Source: Candidatus Eiseniibacteriota bacterium (GTDB lineage Bacteria > Eisenbacteria > RBG-16-71-46). Taken from it: 64,000 bases of DNA. Every line of letters begins with the position of its first letter. Within the stretch, counting starts at the first letter, position 1. The notes under the pieces are model-generated. The model ran no database searches and was not told where the DNA came from. It was given only the letters and a program-made list of their open reading frames with translations. Positions 40,633 through 50,862 of the stretch are shown piece after piece. The translations under genes were made by a program, and so were the position numbers. The stretch spans positions 1,120,001 through 1,184,000 of the forward strand of contig OY970342.1 of the NCBI GenBank assembly GCA_963717505.1, given 5' to 3'.

Positions 40633-42006
40633 TCATCCCGAGGCCATCGTTGAAATCATGCCGTTCACCTTGTCGGAAAACACGCTGTCGCTCGCGATCA
40701 TGCTCCCGATCTTGTCGCACGCATACATCACTGTCGTGTGATCCCGGCCGCCGAACATGCGACCGATCTCGGCCAGGGAAAGGTCGGTGAGCTGGCGCAG
40801 GAGATACATGGCGACCTGGCGCGGCATGGCGATGTTACGAGTGCGTCGCTGGCCGTAGAGAGCCTCGGGTCGGGCGCCGAACTTCTCCGAAACCAAGGCC
40901 ACGATCCGATCCGGCGTCAGCTGATCGGGCTCCGGATTCACGTAGTGCTGCAGAACTTCCTCGGCCAGGGCGGTGGTGACCTCCTGAGCGCCGAGTGAGG
41001 TCACCGCCATGATCCGGACCAGGCAGCCCTCGAGATCGCGGATGTTGTTGCGAATCCGGTCGGCGATCAGCAGAAGCACGTCGTCCGGGATGCGAACGTT
41101 GCCCTCGTGCGCACACCGATTGCGCAGGATGGCGATGCGAGTCTCCAGCTCGGGTTGCTGAACGTCGGCCACCAGGCCCTGGTTGAACCTGGAGGTGAGC
41201 CGCTCCTCGAGCATGGGGATGTCCTTCGGCGGCTTGTCGGCGCTGACCACGATCTGCCGATGACCGTCGCGCAGCGCGTTGAACGTGTGGAAGAACTCCT
41301 CCTGGGTGCTCTCTTTGCCGGCGAGGAACTGAATGTCGTCGATCAGCAGCAGATCGACGCTCCGGTACTTGTTGCGGAACGCCAGCGTCTGCGCGTGCTG
41401 GATCGCGTAGATCATCTCGTTGGTGAACCGTTCCGCCGAGACGTAGCACACACGGGCGGCCGGTCGCGCCTGACGCACCGCGTGGCCGATCGCCTGGAGC
41501 AGATGGGTCTTGCCCAGCCCTGAGCCGCCGAAGATGAACAGCGGGTTGTAGACATGGCCGGGGTTCTGAGCGACGGCGAGGCAGGCGGCATGGGTGAAAC
41601 GGTTACCGCTGCCGACGACGAAGTTCTCGAACGTGTGATGCGGATGCAGTAGGCCGTCCACCGGCACGCGGGTCGGAACTGGCGCCGGTTCCGTGGCCCG
41701 GACCGGCTCGCGTGGCGGCAGCGGCTCTTGCCGGAGCGAGCTCGTGGACAGACGAACCTCCACGTTCGCACCCAGCGTTTCGGCAACACAGTGTTTCAAC
41801 AGCGACAGATAGTGCTCGTGGATCCAGTCCACGAGGAACGAGTTGGGAGCCTCAAGCTCGACCAGCTCGGGGGACAGCGTCAGCGGGACGATCGGCCGGA
41901 ACCAGGTTTCGAAAGCCTGGGGACTTTCGAGTCGGTTTCGTACCTCCGCCAGCACCTGCTCCCAGAGGTGGGTCGTTTCCTCTAGTGAAGCGGGATGGAC
42001 GGCCAT
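40633..42006 (-). CDS. dnaA: chromosomal replication initiator DnaA
   Basis: YNPLFIFGGSGLGKTHL, LLIDDIQF, QEEFFHTFN, GGRDHTTV. Confidence 0.99.
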   Translation of the reverse strand: MAVHPASLEETTHLWEQVLAEVRNRLESPQAFETWFRPIVPLTLSPELVELEAPNSFLVDWIHEHYLSLLKHCVAETLGANVEVRLSTSSLRQEPLPPREPVRATEPAPVPTRVPVDGLLHPHHTFENFVVGSGNRFTHAACLAVAQNPGHVYNPLFIFGGSGLGKTHLLQAIGHAVRQARPAARVCYVSAERFTNEMIYAIQHAQTLAFRNKYRSVDLLLIDDIQFLAGKESTQEEFFHTFNALRDGHRQIVVSADKPPKDIPMLEERLTSRFNQGLVADVQQPELETRIAILRNRCAHEGNVRIPDDVLLLIADRIRNNIRDLEGCLVRIMAVTSLGAQEVTTALAEEVLQHYVNPEPDQLTPDRIVALVSEKFGARPEALYGQRRTRNIAMPRQVAMYLLRQLTDLSLAEIGRMFGGRDHTTVMYACDKIGSMIASDSVFSDKVNGMISTMASG

Positions 42007-42036
42007 TTCAACGGTCCTTGCTGAAAGGTCGCGGGG

Positions 42037-42215
42037 TTATCCACCGAATCCGCAAGCGAGGGACGCCTTTCGCAACAGCGGCTTTGGATTCCGGGGGCGT
42101 GAGTTCGTGGAAACCTCCGGCGCTTCCTATCCACATTGAAGCTCGGAGCGACAACCGGCGGGCAGGACATCAGTTGACTGCCCGGAGACCTCCTTCCTTC
42201 CACACGCTTTCCACA
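42037..42215. promoter_or_regulatory. DnaA-box cluster upstream of dnaA
   Basis: TTATCCACC 42037, CTATCCACA 42127, CCTTCCACA 42196, CTTTCCACA 42207. Confidence 0.72.
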
Positions 42216-42507
42216 TAGACGAATGATGACTCGAGAAGAATCTGCTCGCGGTCTCGGATCCGGACGGGATCGAGACCTACAAGCCAATGACAGCCAAAGG
42301 TTTGGTTGAAGTGCCTGGGCCCCGGGAGCGGCCACCCATGGGGTGGGTTTCCACTGGGGCGCGGAAGGCTAGCACCGGCTCATGGGGCGTACAAGCGCCG
42401 AATGCCCTGCGAAGAGGCAATCTGCAAATCGTTGCACAGCAAAGTCTTACGGCTCTGTTCCCGCTCCCAGAAACGACCTCTCTCTCTCGGGTGGCCCGGC
42501 AGTCTTC

Positions 42508-43140
42508 CTAGAACGGCATCCGGGCGCCGGCCGAGAACAGAAAATCGTCCGCAAACTCATGCGGCTTCGTCACTTGGAACTCCATGAGAAACCCGATGCC
42601 GCCCCCGGTTTGGAAATCAGCTCCAAGACGCACCGGGAACGCGGGGTCGACATTGTCCTGGTCCCCGACGTCTGATCGATTGAACGCGATGACCATGCCC
42701 CCGTACGGCGTGACCTGGCCGGACTGGCCGAGCGGGAAAGACCGGCTGATGCGAAACTCCGGCCCGACGCTGAGCACGATGTAGTCGTCGCCGACCTCGA
42801 CCCCGAAGGCGCCGCCAACCCCCAATGCCACGGGCATCCCGGATCCGGCGCGAATCTCGGCCTGTACGTCGGTGCCGAAGCGCAGCAAGCCGCGATCCCC
42901 GGAATCCAGGTTCATCCGCGACAGGCCTCCCTGAAAACCGAAGTCGACACCGGGGTAGATGCTCAGGCGCAGGTCACCCTGCAGGCCGAGTTGGTCGTCG
43001 CTCGAAAATACGTACGCGCCGACCGCGTGCGTGTTCATTGCCAAAGGTTGGGCGCCGCCATGCTGGGTGAACGCACCAGCGCGGGCCATCGTCGGGGCGG
43101 CGAGCAACAATAGGGCGCCCGCCGTGATCAACAAACGCAT
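42508..43140 (-). CDS. small outer-membrane beta-barrel protein
   Basis: GGAGG RBS, signal peptide ending ARA, C-terminal FSAGARMPF. Confidence 0.8.
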   Translation of the reverse strand: MRLLITAGALLLLAAPTMARAGAFTQHGGAQPLAMNTHAVGAYVFSSDDQLGLQGDLRLSIYPGVDFGFQGGLSRMNLDSGDRGLLRFGTDVQAEIRAGSGMPVALGVGGAFGVEVGDDYIVLSVGPEFRISRSFPLGQSGQVTPYGGMVIAFNRSDVGDQDNVDPAFPVRLGADFQTGGGIGFLMEFQVTKPHEFADDFLFSAGARMPF

Positions 43141-43242
43141 AAATGCCTCCCTGCAAGCGGCCACAAAGGGACGCAGCACCCACGCATCGTGCGCGAGCTC
43201 GCTGGCTTCCCTGCCGGCGCCCATGATAGCAGTGCTGCCCCA

Positions 43243-44154
43243 ATGAAGCTGCTCACCGATTTCGACGGCGTCTGGACCTTTCCCGACGCGGAGGGCGTCG
43301 CCCAGGGCGAAGTCCTCGAGGGTCGCCTGCTCGGGCTGACGCCCGAGCCGCGCAGGGCTCAGGTGGCCGACTGGCTGCGTGCCGCCCGCGAGGCGACGCG
43401 GCGCGAGCCGACCCGATACGGCTGGGAGCAAGCCGGGCGCCTGAGCGCGTTCGCCGACGAGGACCCGTTCATCGCTCACAGCGCGCTGCTCAACTACATC
43501 GGGGCCCACCGCGAGCGCGATGAAACCGCCCGACTGCTGATGGAGGCCCTCACCGCCTCGGGCGCCAGTCTCGATGCCCTCGGGGGTCAGTCCCACGCCG
43601 AGGGCGTGCGCCGGGTCGTCGACCTCCGCGGACCCGGGATCCTGCCCGAGGCGGCCGAGGCCGGGCGCCGCATGCTGGCCGCCGGCATCGAAGTGGTCGC
43701 GGTCTCGAACTCGACGACCGAAAAACTCCGGCAATGGTTCGACCATGCGCGCGTACCGTGCACCGAACACCCGGAACGCCGCGCGGGGGCGCTCAGAATC
43801 CGTGGCTCGGCCCGCAAGTTCGTGCTGGCGCCGGGCGTCGATCGGAAGCTCCGCCTGGGATCGCTCCGCATCGACCTCGCGCGCCCGTCGTACGAGGAGG
43901 TCTTGCAGGACGAACGTCCCGGGGCCGTGGTCGGCGACGTGTTCTCGCTCGACCTCTCACTTCCGCTGGCACTCCGGCGCGGCGATCCCTCGTGGTCGCG
44001 GGTGCGATTGTTCTGGATCCTGCATCCGTACACCCCCGCGTGGCTCGAACGCGAGGTGGCCGAGCACGCGCCCGAGATCGAACCGGTCCGCGGTGGGTTG
44101 GGGGCCTTGGCCGAGATCCTGGTGCGGTCCGCGGCCGATCAGGGACGGTCGTAG
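43243..44154 (+). CDS. HAD-superfamily hydrolase-like protein
   Basis: N-terminal LLTDFDGV, VAVSNS, K, VVGD...D motifs. Confidence 0.75.
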   Translation: MKLLTDFDGVWTFPDAEGVAQGEVLEGRLLGLTPEPRRAQVADWLRAAREATRREPTRYGWEQAGRLSAFADEDPFIAHSALLNYIGAHRERDETARLLMEALTASGASLDALGGQSHAEGVRRVVDLRGPGILPEAAEAGRRMLAAGIEVVAVSNSTTEKLRQWFDHARVPCTEHPERRAGALRIRGSARKFVLAPGVDRKLRLGSLRIDLARPSYEEVLQDERPGAVVGDVFSLDLSLPLALRRGDPSWSRVRLFWILHPYTPAWLEREVAEHAPEIEPVRGGLGALAEILVRSAADQGRS

Positions 44155-45014
44155 AACGCCGAGCCCCAGTCGGCGTAGTGCTCGAAGCCGATGCGTTGAT
44201 AGACCTCGAGCGCCGGGGCGTTGAAGTCGTTCACGAACAAGCACACGGCGCGGGAGTCCTGGAACAGGCGCGAGCACAATTCCGACATGCCGCGTCGCGC
44301 GATGCCGCGGCCGCGGCGTTCGGGCGGCACGTAGACCCCCGAGATCTGCGCGGCATCCGGGGTGCGGGCACTGACGCTGGCGCGGAAGCAGAGACCGTTC
44401 GAGTCGGTCCAGAGCCAGGTGGCGCCTTCGCGACACTCCTCCTCGACGCGACGCGCGTAGCCCATTCGATCGGAGACCAGCGGGTCCTCTTCCAACTCTT
44501 CGCTGCGCATGCGCGCGCCGCTCTCGAGCACCAGGTCGTAGTCCGAGAGCCGCGCCGGGCGCAGCTCCGGCAGTGGCTCGAACGGCGCCAGACGGTCGCG
44601 GTCGAGGCGCTGGTAGTGCTGGTGGCGCATGATTCGCGGCGCGAGGGATTCGCGCTCGAGCTGCGCGGCGAAGATCTCGACCGCTTCCCGCGTCCCGATC
44701 ACTTGAAAGCGACGCGGCACCGCGTCACGCCGGGCCACCAGGTGATTGGCGAGCGATTGGAGCGTCGCGGGGTCGTCGGCCACCGGGAGCACGGCCCCGG
44801 TGCGGCCGCCCAGGTGCAGAATCCCCGCGATCACTCCGTCGCGTCGCGCGGCCCAGTACTCGTCGTGCGGTCGCGCCAGCGCATCGCGGACGCTGAGCGC
44901 GATCAGATATACGTTCAATACCGGATCCCGATCGAGATAGCCGAACGTCTCGATCAGGTCATCCGTGCCCAGACGATCCAGGGCAATGGGGCCGGTGGCG
45001 GAATAGAGCGACAT
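44139..45014 (-). CDS. GNAT acetyltransferase (FR47-like)
   Basis: QISGVYVPPERRGRGIA, LFVNDFNAPALEVYQRIGF. Confidence 0.92.
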   Translation of the reverse strand: MSLYSATGPIALDRLGTDDLIETFGYLDRDPVLNVYLIALSVRDALARPHDEYWAARRDGVIAGILHLGGRTGAVLPVADDPATLQSLANHLVARRDAVPRRFQVIGTREAVEIFAAQLERESLAPRIMRHQHYQRLDRDRLAPFEPLPELRPARLSDYDLVLESGARMRSEELEEDPLVSDRMGYARRVEEECREGATWLWTDSNGLCFRASVSARTPDAAQISGVYVPPERRGRGIARRGMSELCSRLFQDSRAVCLFVNDFNAPALEVYQRIGFEHYADWGSAFYDRP

Positions 45015-45173
45015 CGTGCGGGTAGTGGGGGACGCCGGGGAATGGTAGCCCTAATGCGTGATCGGAGCGAGCGAGCGCCGACGAGGAGCCGAGGCGAGGG
45101 CGCAAGCGGAACGAGACGCTCGATTGACCGGCGCGAAAGCCGGCCCGTAGTCTCGTCCACACGGAGGGCCACA

Positions 45174-45869
45174 GTGCCGGATCTGGTCATGGTCATCGAA
45201 GACGAAAAGGAGATCCGGGATCTCGTCCGGTACAACCTCGAGCGCGAGGGCTTCCGGGTCGCGACCGCGGTCGACGGCGAACGCGGCCTGGAACAGCTGT
45301 TCTCGTCGCGGCCCGACGCCGTGGTGCTCGACCTCATGCTGCCCGGCCGTAACGGGCTCGAGATCCTGCGCGAGCTGCGTAGCGAACCCACCACTCGCGA
45401 CCTGCCGGTGCTGGTGCTGACGGCTCGCGGCGCCGAGATGGACAAACTGCTCGGCTTCGAGCACGGCGCCGACGACTACCTGACCAAGCCGTTCAGCCCG
45501 CGCGAGCTGGTGGCGCGGGTCCGGGCGCTACTGCGTCGCTCGAAGCCGGCCGGTGAGCCGGTCGCGGTCGAGTCGGGTGCTCTGCGCATCGATCCGCTGG
45601 CCCGCGAGGCGACCATCGCCGGCGCGGCGCTGACGCTGACGCCCCGCGAGTTCGACCTGCTGCTGTTCTTCGCGCAGAACCCCGGCCGCGTGGCGACGCG
45701 CGACGAGCTGCTGCGCAAGGTATGGGGCTACGACTATCTCGGCGACACGCGCACCGTCGACGTCCACGTCCGCCGCCTGCGCCAGAAGCTCGGCGACCAG
45801 AGCCGCATGATCGAGACCGTCACCGGAGTGGGGTACAAGCTGGTCGAGCGACCCGCGGCGGGCCCCTAG
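45174..45869 (+). CDS. phoB: PhoB/PhoP-type OmpR-family response regulator
   Basis: IEDE, LDLMLP, GADDYLTKPFS, RTVDVHVRRLR; precedes phoR and pst. Confidence 0.9.
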   Translation: MPDLVMVIEDEKEIRDLVRYNLEREGFRVATAVDGERGLEQLFSSRPDAVVLDLMLPGRNGLEILRELRSEPTTRDLPVLVLTARGAEMDKLLGFEHGADDYLTKPFSPRELVARVRALLRRSKPAGEPVAVESGALRIDPLAREATIAGAALTLTPREFDLLLFFAQNPGRVATRDELLRKVWGYDYLGDTRTVDVHVRRLRQKLGDQSRMIETVTGVGYKLVERPAAGP

Positions 45870-45872
45870 ACA

Positions 45873-47162
45873 ATGCCGACTTCGGTGTCGGGCGGCACCG
45901 GCGGTCTGGTGGCCCTGGCGGCCGCGGCCGTCCTCGCCCTCCTCTGGATCCTGTTCCTGGATGTGAGACGCCAACGCCGACTCCGTGCGTTCGAAGACCG
46001 AGTCCGCGGGTTCGCGATGCGCCCTCCGGCGGGGGCGGCCCCCGGTGAAGACGATGCACTCGGACGGGTCGAACGCGCGGCTCACGCGCTGGCCACCGAT
46101 CTTCACGAGCGGATCGGAGCCCTGGAGCGGGACCGCGCCGAACGCGAACAGGTGCTCGGGCTGATCGCCGACGGCGTCGCGCTGCTCGACAACTCGGGGC
46201 GGGTGCTGCGAGCCAATCCGAGCATGGCGTTCCTGGTCGGCGCCGCGCAGCCGCCGGCGCCCGGGACTCCGTTCCACGAGTTCGTGCGCGCCCCCGAGCT
46301 GGACGAGATCCTGGCGCAGGCCAAGGCGGGCGGCGAAGTCGTCGAGTCCGAGATCCGGCTCTGGTCGCCGCATGCGCGCTTCGTTCGCGCCACAGCCACG
46401 CCCTTCGGCAGCGGACGCACCGGCGGCGTGCTGCTCGTGCTCCACGACCTGACCGAAGAGGAGCGGGTGAACCGGATGCGGCAGGACTTCGTGGCCAACG
46501 TCTCGCACGAGCTGCGGACACCGCTGACCTCCTTGCGTGGCTACGCCGAAACCTTGCTCGAGGGCGGGTTCGAAGACGCGGACAATCGCGAGCGCTTCGT
46601 CGGCATCATCCGCGACCAAGCAATGCGACTGTCGGCGCTGGTCGACGACTTGTTGTCGCTCGCCGAGCTCGAGCGCCCGGGCGCCCAGCTCAAGCGCGAG
46701 CGATTCGACCTGCGCGAGCTGGTCGAGTCGCAGGCCAAGGTCTTCGAACCGCGCGCCGCCGAAGCCGGCCTGACGTTGAGGGTAGAGCCCGGGGCCGCGC
46801 TCGCGGTGGTTGCCGATCGCCCGCGCATCGTCCAGGTCGTCGTCAATCTGCTCGACAACGCGATCAAGTACACGGAGCGCGGCCGGGTCACGCTGCGCGT
46901 CGGCGTGCGCGAGGGGCGCGCGTGGTGCGAGGTCGAAGACACGGGCAGCGGCATCCCGGCCGAGGACCTGCCGCGCATCTTCGAGCGCTTTTACCGTGTC
47001 GAGAAGGCGCGCTCGCGCCTGAAAGGCGGCACCGGACTCGGGCTGTCGATCGTGAAACACATCATGTCGCTGCACGGAGGCGAAGTGTCGGCACAGAGCC
47101 ACCCGGGGCGCGGCAGCACGTTCCGCCTGGAGTTCCCGATCGCTCCGCCCATGGACATCTAG
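45873..47162 (+). CDS. phoR: PhoR sensor histidine kinase
   Basis: PAS, DFVANVSHELRTPLT, NLLDNAIKY, GGTGLGLSIVKH. Confidence 0.92.
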   Translation: MPTSVSGGTGGLVALAAAAVLALLWILFLDVRRQRRLRAFEDRVRGFAMRPPAGAAPGEDDALGRVERAAHALATDLHERIGALERDRAEREQVLGLIADGVALLDNSGRVLRANPSMAFLVGAAQPPAPGTPFHEFVRAPELDEILAQAKAGGEVVESEIRLWSPHARFVRATATPFGSGRTGGVLLVLHDLTEEERVNRMRQDFVANVSHELRTPLTSLRGYAETLLEGGFEDADNRERFVGIIRDQAMRLSALVDDLLSLAELERPGAQLKRERFDLRELVESQAKVFEPRAAEAGLTLRVEPGAALAVVADRPRIVQVVVNLLDNAIKYTERGRVTLRVGVREGRAWCEVEDTGSGIPAEDLPRIFERFYRVEKARSRLKGGTGLGLSIVKHIMSLHGGEVSAQSHPGRGSTFRLEFPIAPPMDI

Positions 47163-47177
47163 CCGAACGTCCTCGCC

Positions 47178-47194
47178 GTAACACCCCGGCAACA
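47178..47194 (+). promoter_or_regulatory. candidate Pho box (distal)
   Basis: GTAACA and GCAACA 11 bp apart. Confidence 0.55.
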
Positions 47195-47259
47195 TCTTTT
47201 TCCCGCTCGGACTCCCGGGTGTCACCTCGCCGCGTGGGTGGCTCCGACAACATGCCGCT

Positions 47260-47725
47260 GTCCGAGGGAAGCAGCCGCGGCCGGAGTTCCGGCCTGGGAA
47301 GGTGCCGGTTCGCTGCTGCGCGCATTCGGGTCGAATCGCAACGCTGCTTCCCCTCTTTCTTTTCTCTCGAGTCACGCGCTTGCGGCGGGGTCGCACCCGC
47401 CCGAGTTCGGGCCTTCGTGGCCGGACGAACCGTTGGGGAAGATGGGCAGCGGTGTGCGCCGGGCGCGGCGCTGCCTCAGGTGGTGATGTTCTTCGTGGGG
47501 TCGGCGTGAGACCGCCGAAGGGAGACCTGCGGGGGGCATCCCGGCAAGGATGTCCCCGAGGGTGGTTTTCCCGGTGACGGCAGGCGAGGCCCAGGGTGCC
47601 TGGACTTCTCACAGTTCCACCGGACCGCCTGCAACACCGTTCCGTGGAGGGTGTCCGAAGGGGCGTCCTTCTGCGGGATTGAAGCCACCCGAGGGGCGCC
47701 TTGTTCGGATCCGCCACGGCGCCCT
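47260..47725. other. densely structured non-coding segment (candidate ncRNA or leader)
   Basis: Run of complementary stems, no credible ORF. Confidence 0.4.
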
Positions 47726-47727
47726 TT

Positions 47728-47782
47728 GTAACACCTCGGAAACACCTCCGACACCCACCGGCAACCCACCCCCCCATACCGT
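47728..47782 (+). promoter_or_regulatory. Pho-box promoter of the porin-pst operon
   Basis: GTAACA/GAAACA/GACACC/GCAACC at 47728, 47739, 47750, 47761, then -10 TACCGT at 47777. Confidence 0.78.
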
Positions 47783-47864
47783 CGATCGCGTCTCCGCCGC
47801 CGACCGGCTGCACTCCGCAGACGCAAGGGGGCGTACATAGCGGGATCCCTTCCCCGAGGTCTCA

Positions 47865-49100
47865 ATGACCAAGCTTTCCTGGCTGCTCCGCAGCCTGGCG
47901 GCCGCGGTTGCGGCTGCCTGCCTGGTCCCGGCCGTTTGGGCCCAGGACGATTCCACCGCTGTCTCATCGGAAACCAGCGCCCAGCTCGAGGCCATGAACG
48001 AGCAACTCCAGACCATCCAGACGGATGTCTTGGCGCTCAAGAAGTTCAAGTTCTCGGGCTATGTGCAGGCGCGTTACGAAATCACGGAAGACTCGGCCGA
48101 CTCGATTCGAGTCGAAGCCAACGGCACCATCACCCCCGCCAACAAGGAACGCTTCTACATCCGACGCGCGCGGCTCAAGCTGACCTACGATGCGGCACCG
48201 CTCAGCCAAGCCGTGGTCTACTTCGACGCTGGCGCCGACCGCATCGCGCGCTTGCTCGAAGCCTACGTCGTGCTCATGGACCCCTGGACCGTTGAACACC
48301 AACACCAGCTGACCATGGGGCAGATGAACATCCCGTTCGGCTACGAGATCGAGCGCAGCTCGAGCGTCCGCGAGCTGCCCGAGCGCTCGCGCGCCGAGAA
48401 CACGCTGTTCTCGGGCGAGCGCGATCGCGGCATCAAGATCGTGAGCGCCTGGACGCCCAGCATCGAAACCGTAGTCAGCGCGTTCAACGGTGGTGGCGTC
48501 AACCACCCACTCTTCTCGGCCACCGATCCGAGCCGCGCCAAGGACATGGTCGGGCGCGTGCGCGTCTCCCAGGGGACGATCGACGGCGCGCTCTCGGCCT
48601 CGGTCGGCAAGGAGAACGTGCCCTTGGCGGGACCCGACAAGGAACTGGACAAGACGCGCTACGGCGCCGACGCCCAGCTCTACTTCGCCGTGCCGCGGTT
48701 CGGTGGCGCCTCACTAATGGCCGAAGGCTACATGGGCCAGAACCTCAACTCGGATTCGCTCACTGCGCTGACCGTTCGCGTGAGCGGCGCGCCATTCCAA
48801 CCGGTCGCGGGCGCCAATCTCGATCACCTGAGCACCGACTTCGTCGGCGCCTATATCATGTACGTCCAGAATTTCGGCGATCGCGCCCAGCTCGCGGTGC
48901 GCTGGGACATGTACGACCCCAATACCGATCTCGACCACGATCAGTTCACCCGCTGGAACGCGGGCTTCAACTGGTTCTGGGACGGCTATACCCGACTGAC
49001 CGTCGCCTACGAGGCGCCCGAGACCGATCGGGCGCGGGCCGGCACGTACTACGACCCCAAAGACAACTTCTGGACCTTCCAGGCCCAGCTCAAGTTCTAG
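47865..49100 (+). CDS. phosphate-selective porin (OprO/P-like)
   Basis: Signal peptide, SGYVQARY, FYIRRARLK, GQ..IPFGYE, C-terminal QAQLKF; pst context. Confidence 0.88.
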   Translation: MTKLSWLLRSLAAAVAAACLVPAVWAQDDSTAVSSETSAQLEAMNEQLQTIQTDVLALKKFKFSGYVQARYEITEDSADSIRVEANGTITPANKERFYIRRARLKLTYDAAPLSQAVVYFDAGADRIARLLEAYVVLMDPWTVEHQHQLTMGQMNIPFGYEIERSSSVRELPERSRAENTLFSGERDRGIKIVSAWTPSIETVVSAFNGGGVNHPLFSATDPSRAKDMVGRVRVSQGTIDGALSASVGKENVPLAGPDKELDKTRYGADAQLYFAVPRFGGASLMAEGYMGQNLNSDSLTALTVRVSGAPFQPVAGANLDHLSTDFVGAYIMYVQNFGDRAQLAVRWDMYDPNTDLDHDQFTRWNAGFNWFWDGYTRLTVAYEAPETDRARAGTYYDPKDNFWTFQAQLKF

Positions 49101-49110
49101 GAGGCAAGGC

Positions 49111-49944
49111 ATGAACTCGATGAAACGCATCACGCTCGCGAGCGCGTTGCTCGCCACGGTTGCAGGCCCGGCAATGGCCGCACGCGGCATCTCGGTCAAA
49201 GGCTCGGACACCATGGTCATCCTCGGCCAGCGCTGGGCCGAGCGCTACATGAGCACGCATTCGGGCGAGGTCATCCAAGTGACCGGCGGCGGCTCGGGCA
49301 CCGGCATCGCCGCGTTGATCAACGGCACCACCGACATCTGCCAGGCATCGCGGCCGATGAAGCAGGCGGAGAAGGTCAAGTTGCGCGACCGCTACAAGTC
49401 GATGGGCATCGAGATCCCGGTCGCCCGCGACGGGCTGACCATCTACGTCCACGAGTCGAATCCGGTGAAGGAAGTCACGATTGAGCAACTCCGGAAGGTG
49501 TACACGGGCGAGCTGACCAACTGGAAGGATCTGGGCGGCGCCGAGGGACGGATCGTGCTCTACGGCCGCGAGAACAGCTCGGGCACCTACGTGTACTTCA
49601 AGGACAACGTCCTGCTCGGCCGTGACTATTCGGCGGCTTGCCAGACCTTGCCCGGCACCGCGGCAGTGGTGAACGCGGTGTCCAAGGATCCGAAGGGCAT
49701 CGGCTACGGGGGTGCCGCTTACGCCAAGGGCGTCAAAGAGGTCGCCGTGCGCAAGGAGGCCTCGACGCCCGCGGTCCTGCCGAGCGCCGAGACCATTCGC
49801 GACGGCAGCTATCCGATCACGCGCGACCTCTACTTCTATACGCGCACCAAGCCCTCCGGAAAAGTGAAGCTATTCGTGGATTGGGTGCTTTCCGACGAGG
49901 GGCAGAGCATCATCAGCGAAGTCGGGTACTTCCCGGTTCGCTGA
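49111..49944 (+). CDS. pstS: phosphate-binding protein PstS (1)
   Basis: KGSDTM, GGGSGTG, RENSSGT, YPITR. Confidence 0.95.
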   Translation: MNSMKRITLASALLATVAGPAMAARGISVKGSDTMVILGQRWAERYMSTHSGEVIQVTGGGSGTGIAALINGTTDICQASRPMKQAEKVKLRDRYKSMGIEIPVARDGLTIYVHESNPVKEVTIEQLRKVYTGELTNWKDLGGAEGRIVLYGRENSSGTYVYFKDNVLLGRDYSAACQTLPGTAAVVNAVSKDPKGIGYGGAAYAKGVKEVAVRKEASTPAVLPSAETIRDGSYPITRDLYFYTRTKPSGKVKLFVDWVLSDEGQSIISEVGYFPVR

Positions 49945-50019
49945 GCGGTGCCATCAGGACGTGTTGGCTTGTGGGTCGGGGACCATGATCAAATGACCCG
50001 GATCTCAAGGGAGGCCGTG

Positions 50020-50862
50020 ATGCGCATGCGTTTCCTGGTCTATCTCGCTGGACTGCTGGCGGTGGTCGGGCTCTCGCAATGTTCCGGGGCCGGGCGAGCG
50101 AAGCCAATCACCATCAAGGGGTCGGACACGATGGTGCTGCTCGGCCAGCGCTGGGCCGAGCACTACATGGAGTCGCACCCCGGGACCATCATTCAGGTGA
50201 CGGGCGGTGGCTCGGGCACCGGCATCGCCGCCCTGATCAACGGCACGACTGACATCTGTCAGTCGTCGCGGCCAATCAAGGAGGCGGAGCAGAAGCAGAT
50301 CCAGGAGCGGTTCGGAAATCCGGCGTACGAGACGATCGTCGCGCGTGACGGGCTCGCGGCGTACGTGCACGAGTCGAATCCGGTGAGCGAGCTGACCATC
50401 GCCCAGCTGCGCGCGATCTACACCGGCGCGGTGACCAACTGGAAGGACGTCGGCGGGCCCGACCAACCGATCACGCCCTACGGCCGCGAGAACAGCTCGG
50501 GCACCTACGAGTACTTCAAGGAGCACGTACTCGAGAAGGCTGACTTCGCCGCGGCGACCCAGACGCTGCCCGGAACCGCCGCGGTGGTGAACGCCGTGGC
50601 GCAGGATCCACGCGGCATCGGCTACGGCGGCGCCGCTTATGCCAAAGGCGTCAAACAGGTCGCCGTGCGCACCGACGACGGAAGCCCGGCAGTGCTCCCG
50701 TCGGCTGAGAACGTGGTCACTGGCGCCTATCCGATCTCGCGCGACCTGTACTTCTATCTGCGCAAGGCGCCCGAGGGAGCAACTCAGGAATTCCTGGACT
50801 TCGTGCTGTCGGACGCGGGTCAGGCCGTGGTGACCGACGTCGGGTACTTCCCGATCCGATGA
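50020..50862 (+). CDS. pstS: phosphate-binding protein PstS (2)
   Basis: Same motifs; N-terminal LSQC lipobox-like signal. Confidence 0.95.
   Translation: MRMRFLVYLAGLLAVVGLSQCSGAGRAKPITIKGSDTMVLLGQRWAEHYMESHPGTIIQVTGGGSGTGIAALINGTTDICQSSRPIKEAEQKQIQERFGNPAYETIVARDGLAAYVHESNPVSELTIAQLRAIYTGAVTNWKDVGGPDQPITPYGRENSSGTYEYFKEHVLEKADFAAATQTLPGTAAVVNAVAQDPRGIGYGGAAYAKGVKQVAVRTDDGSPAVLPSAENVVTGAYPISRDLYFYLRKAPEGATQEFLDFVLSDAGQAVVTDVGYFPIR

Noticed and set aside
47420-47530. Glycine-riboswitch-like words (GGACGAACC, CTCAGG, CGCCGAAG)
   Set aside because: The motifs are in the wrong order and the gene context is phosphate uptake
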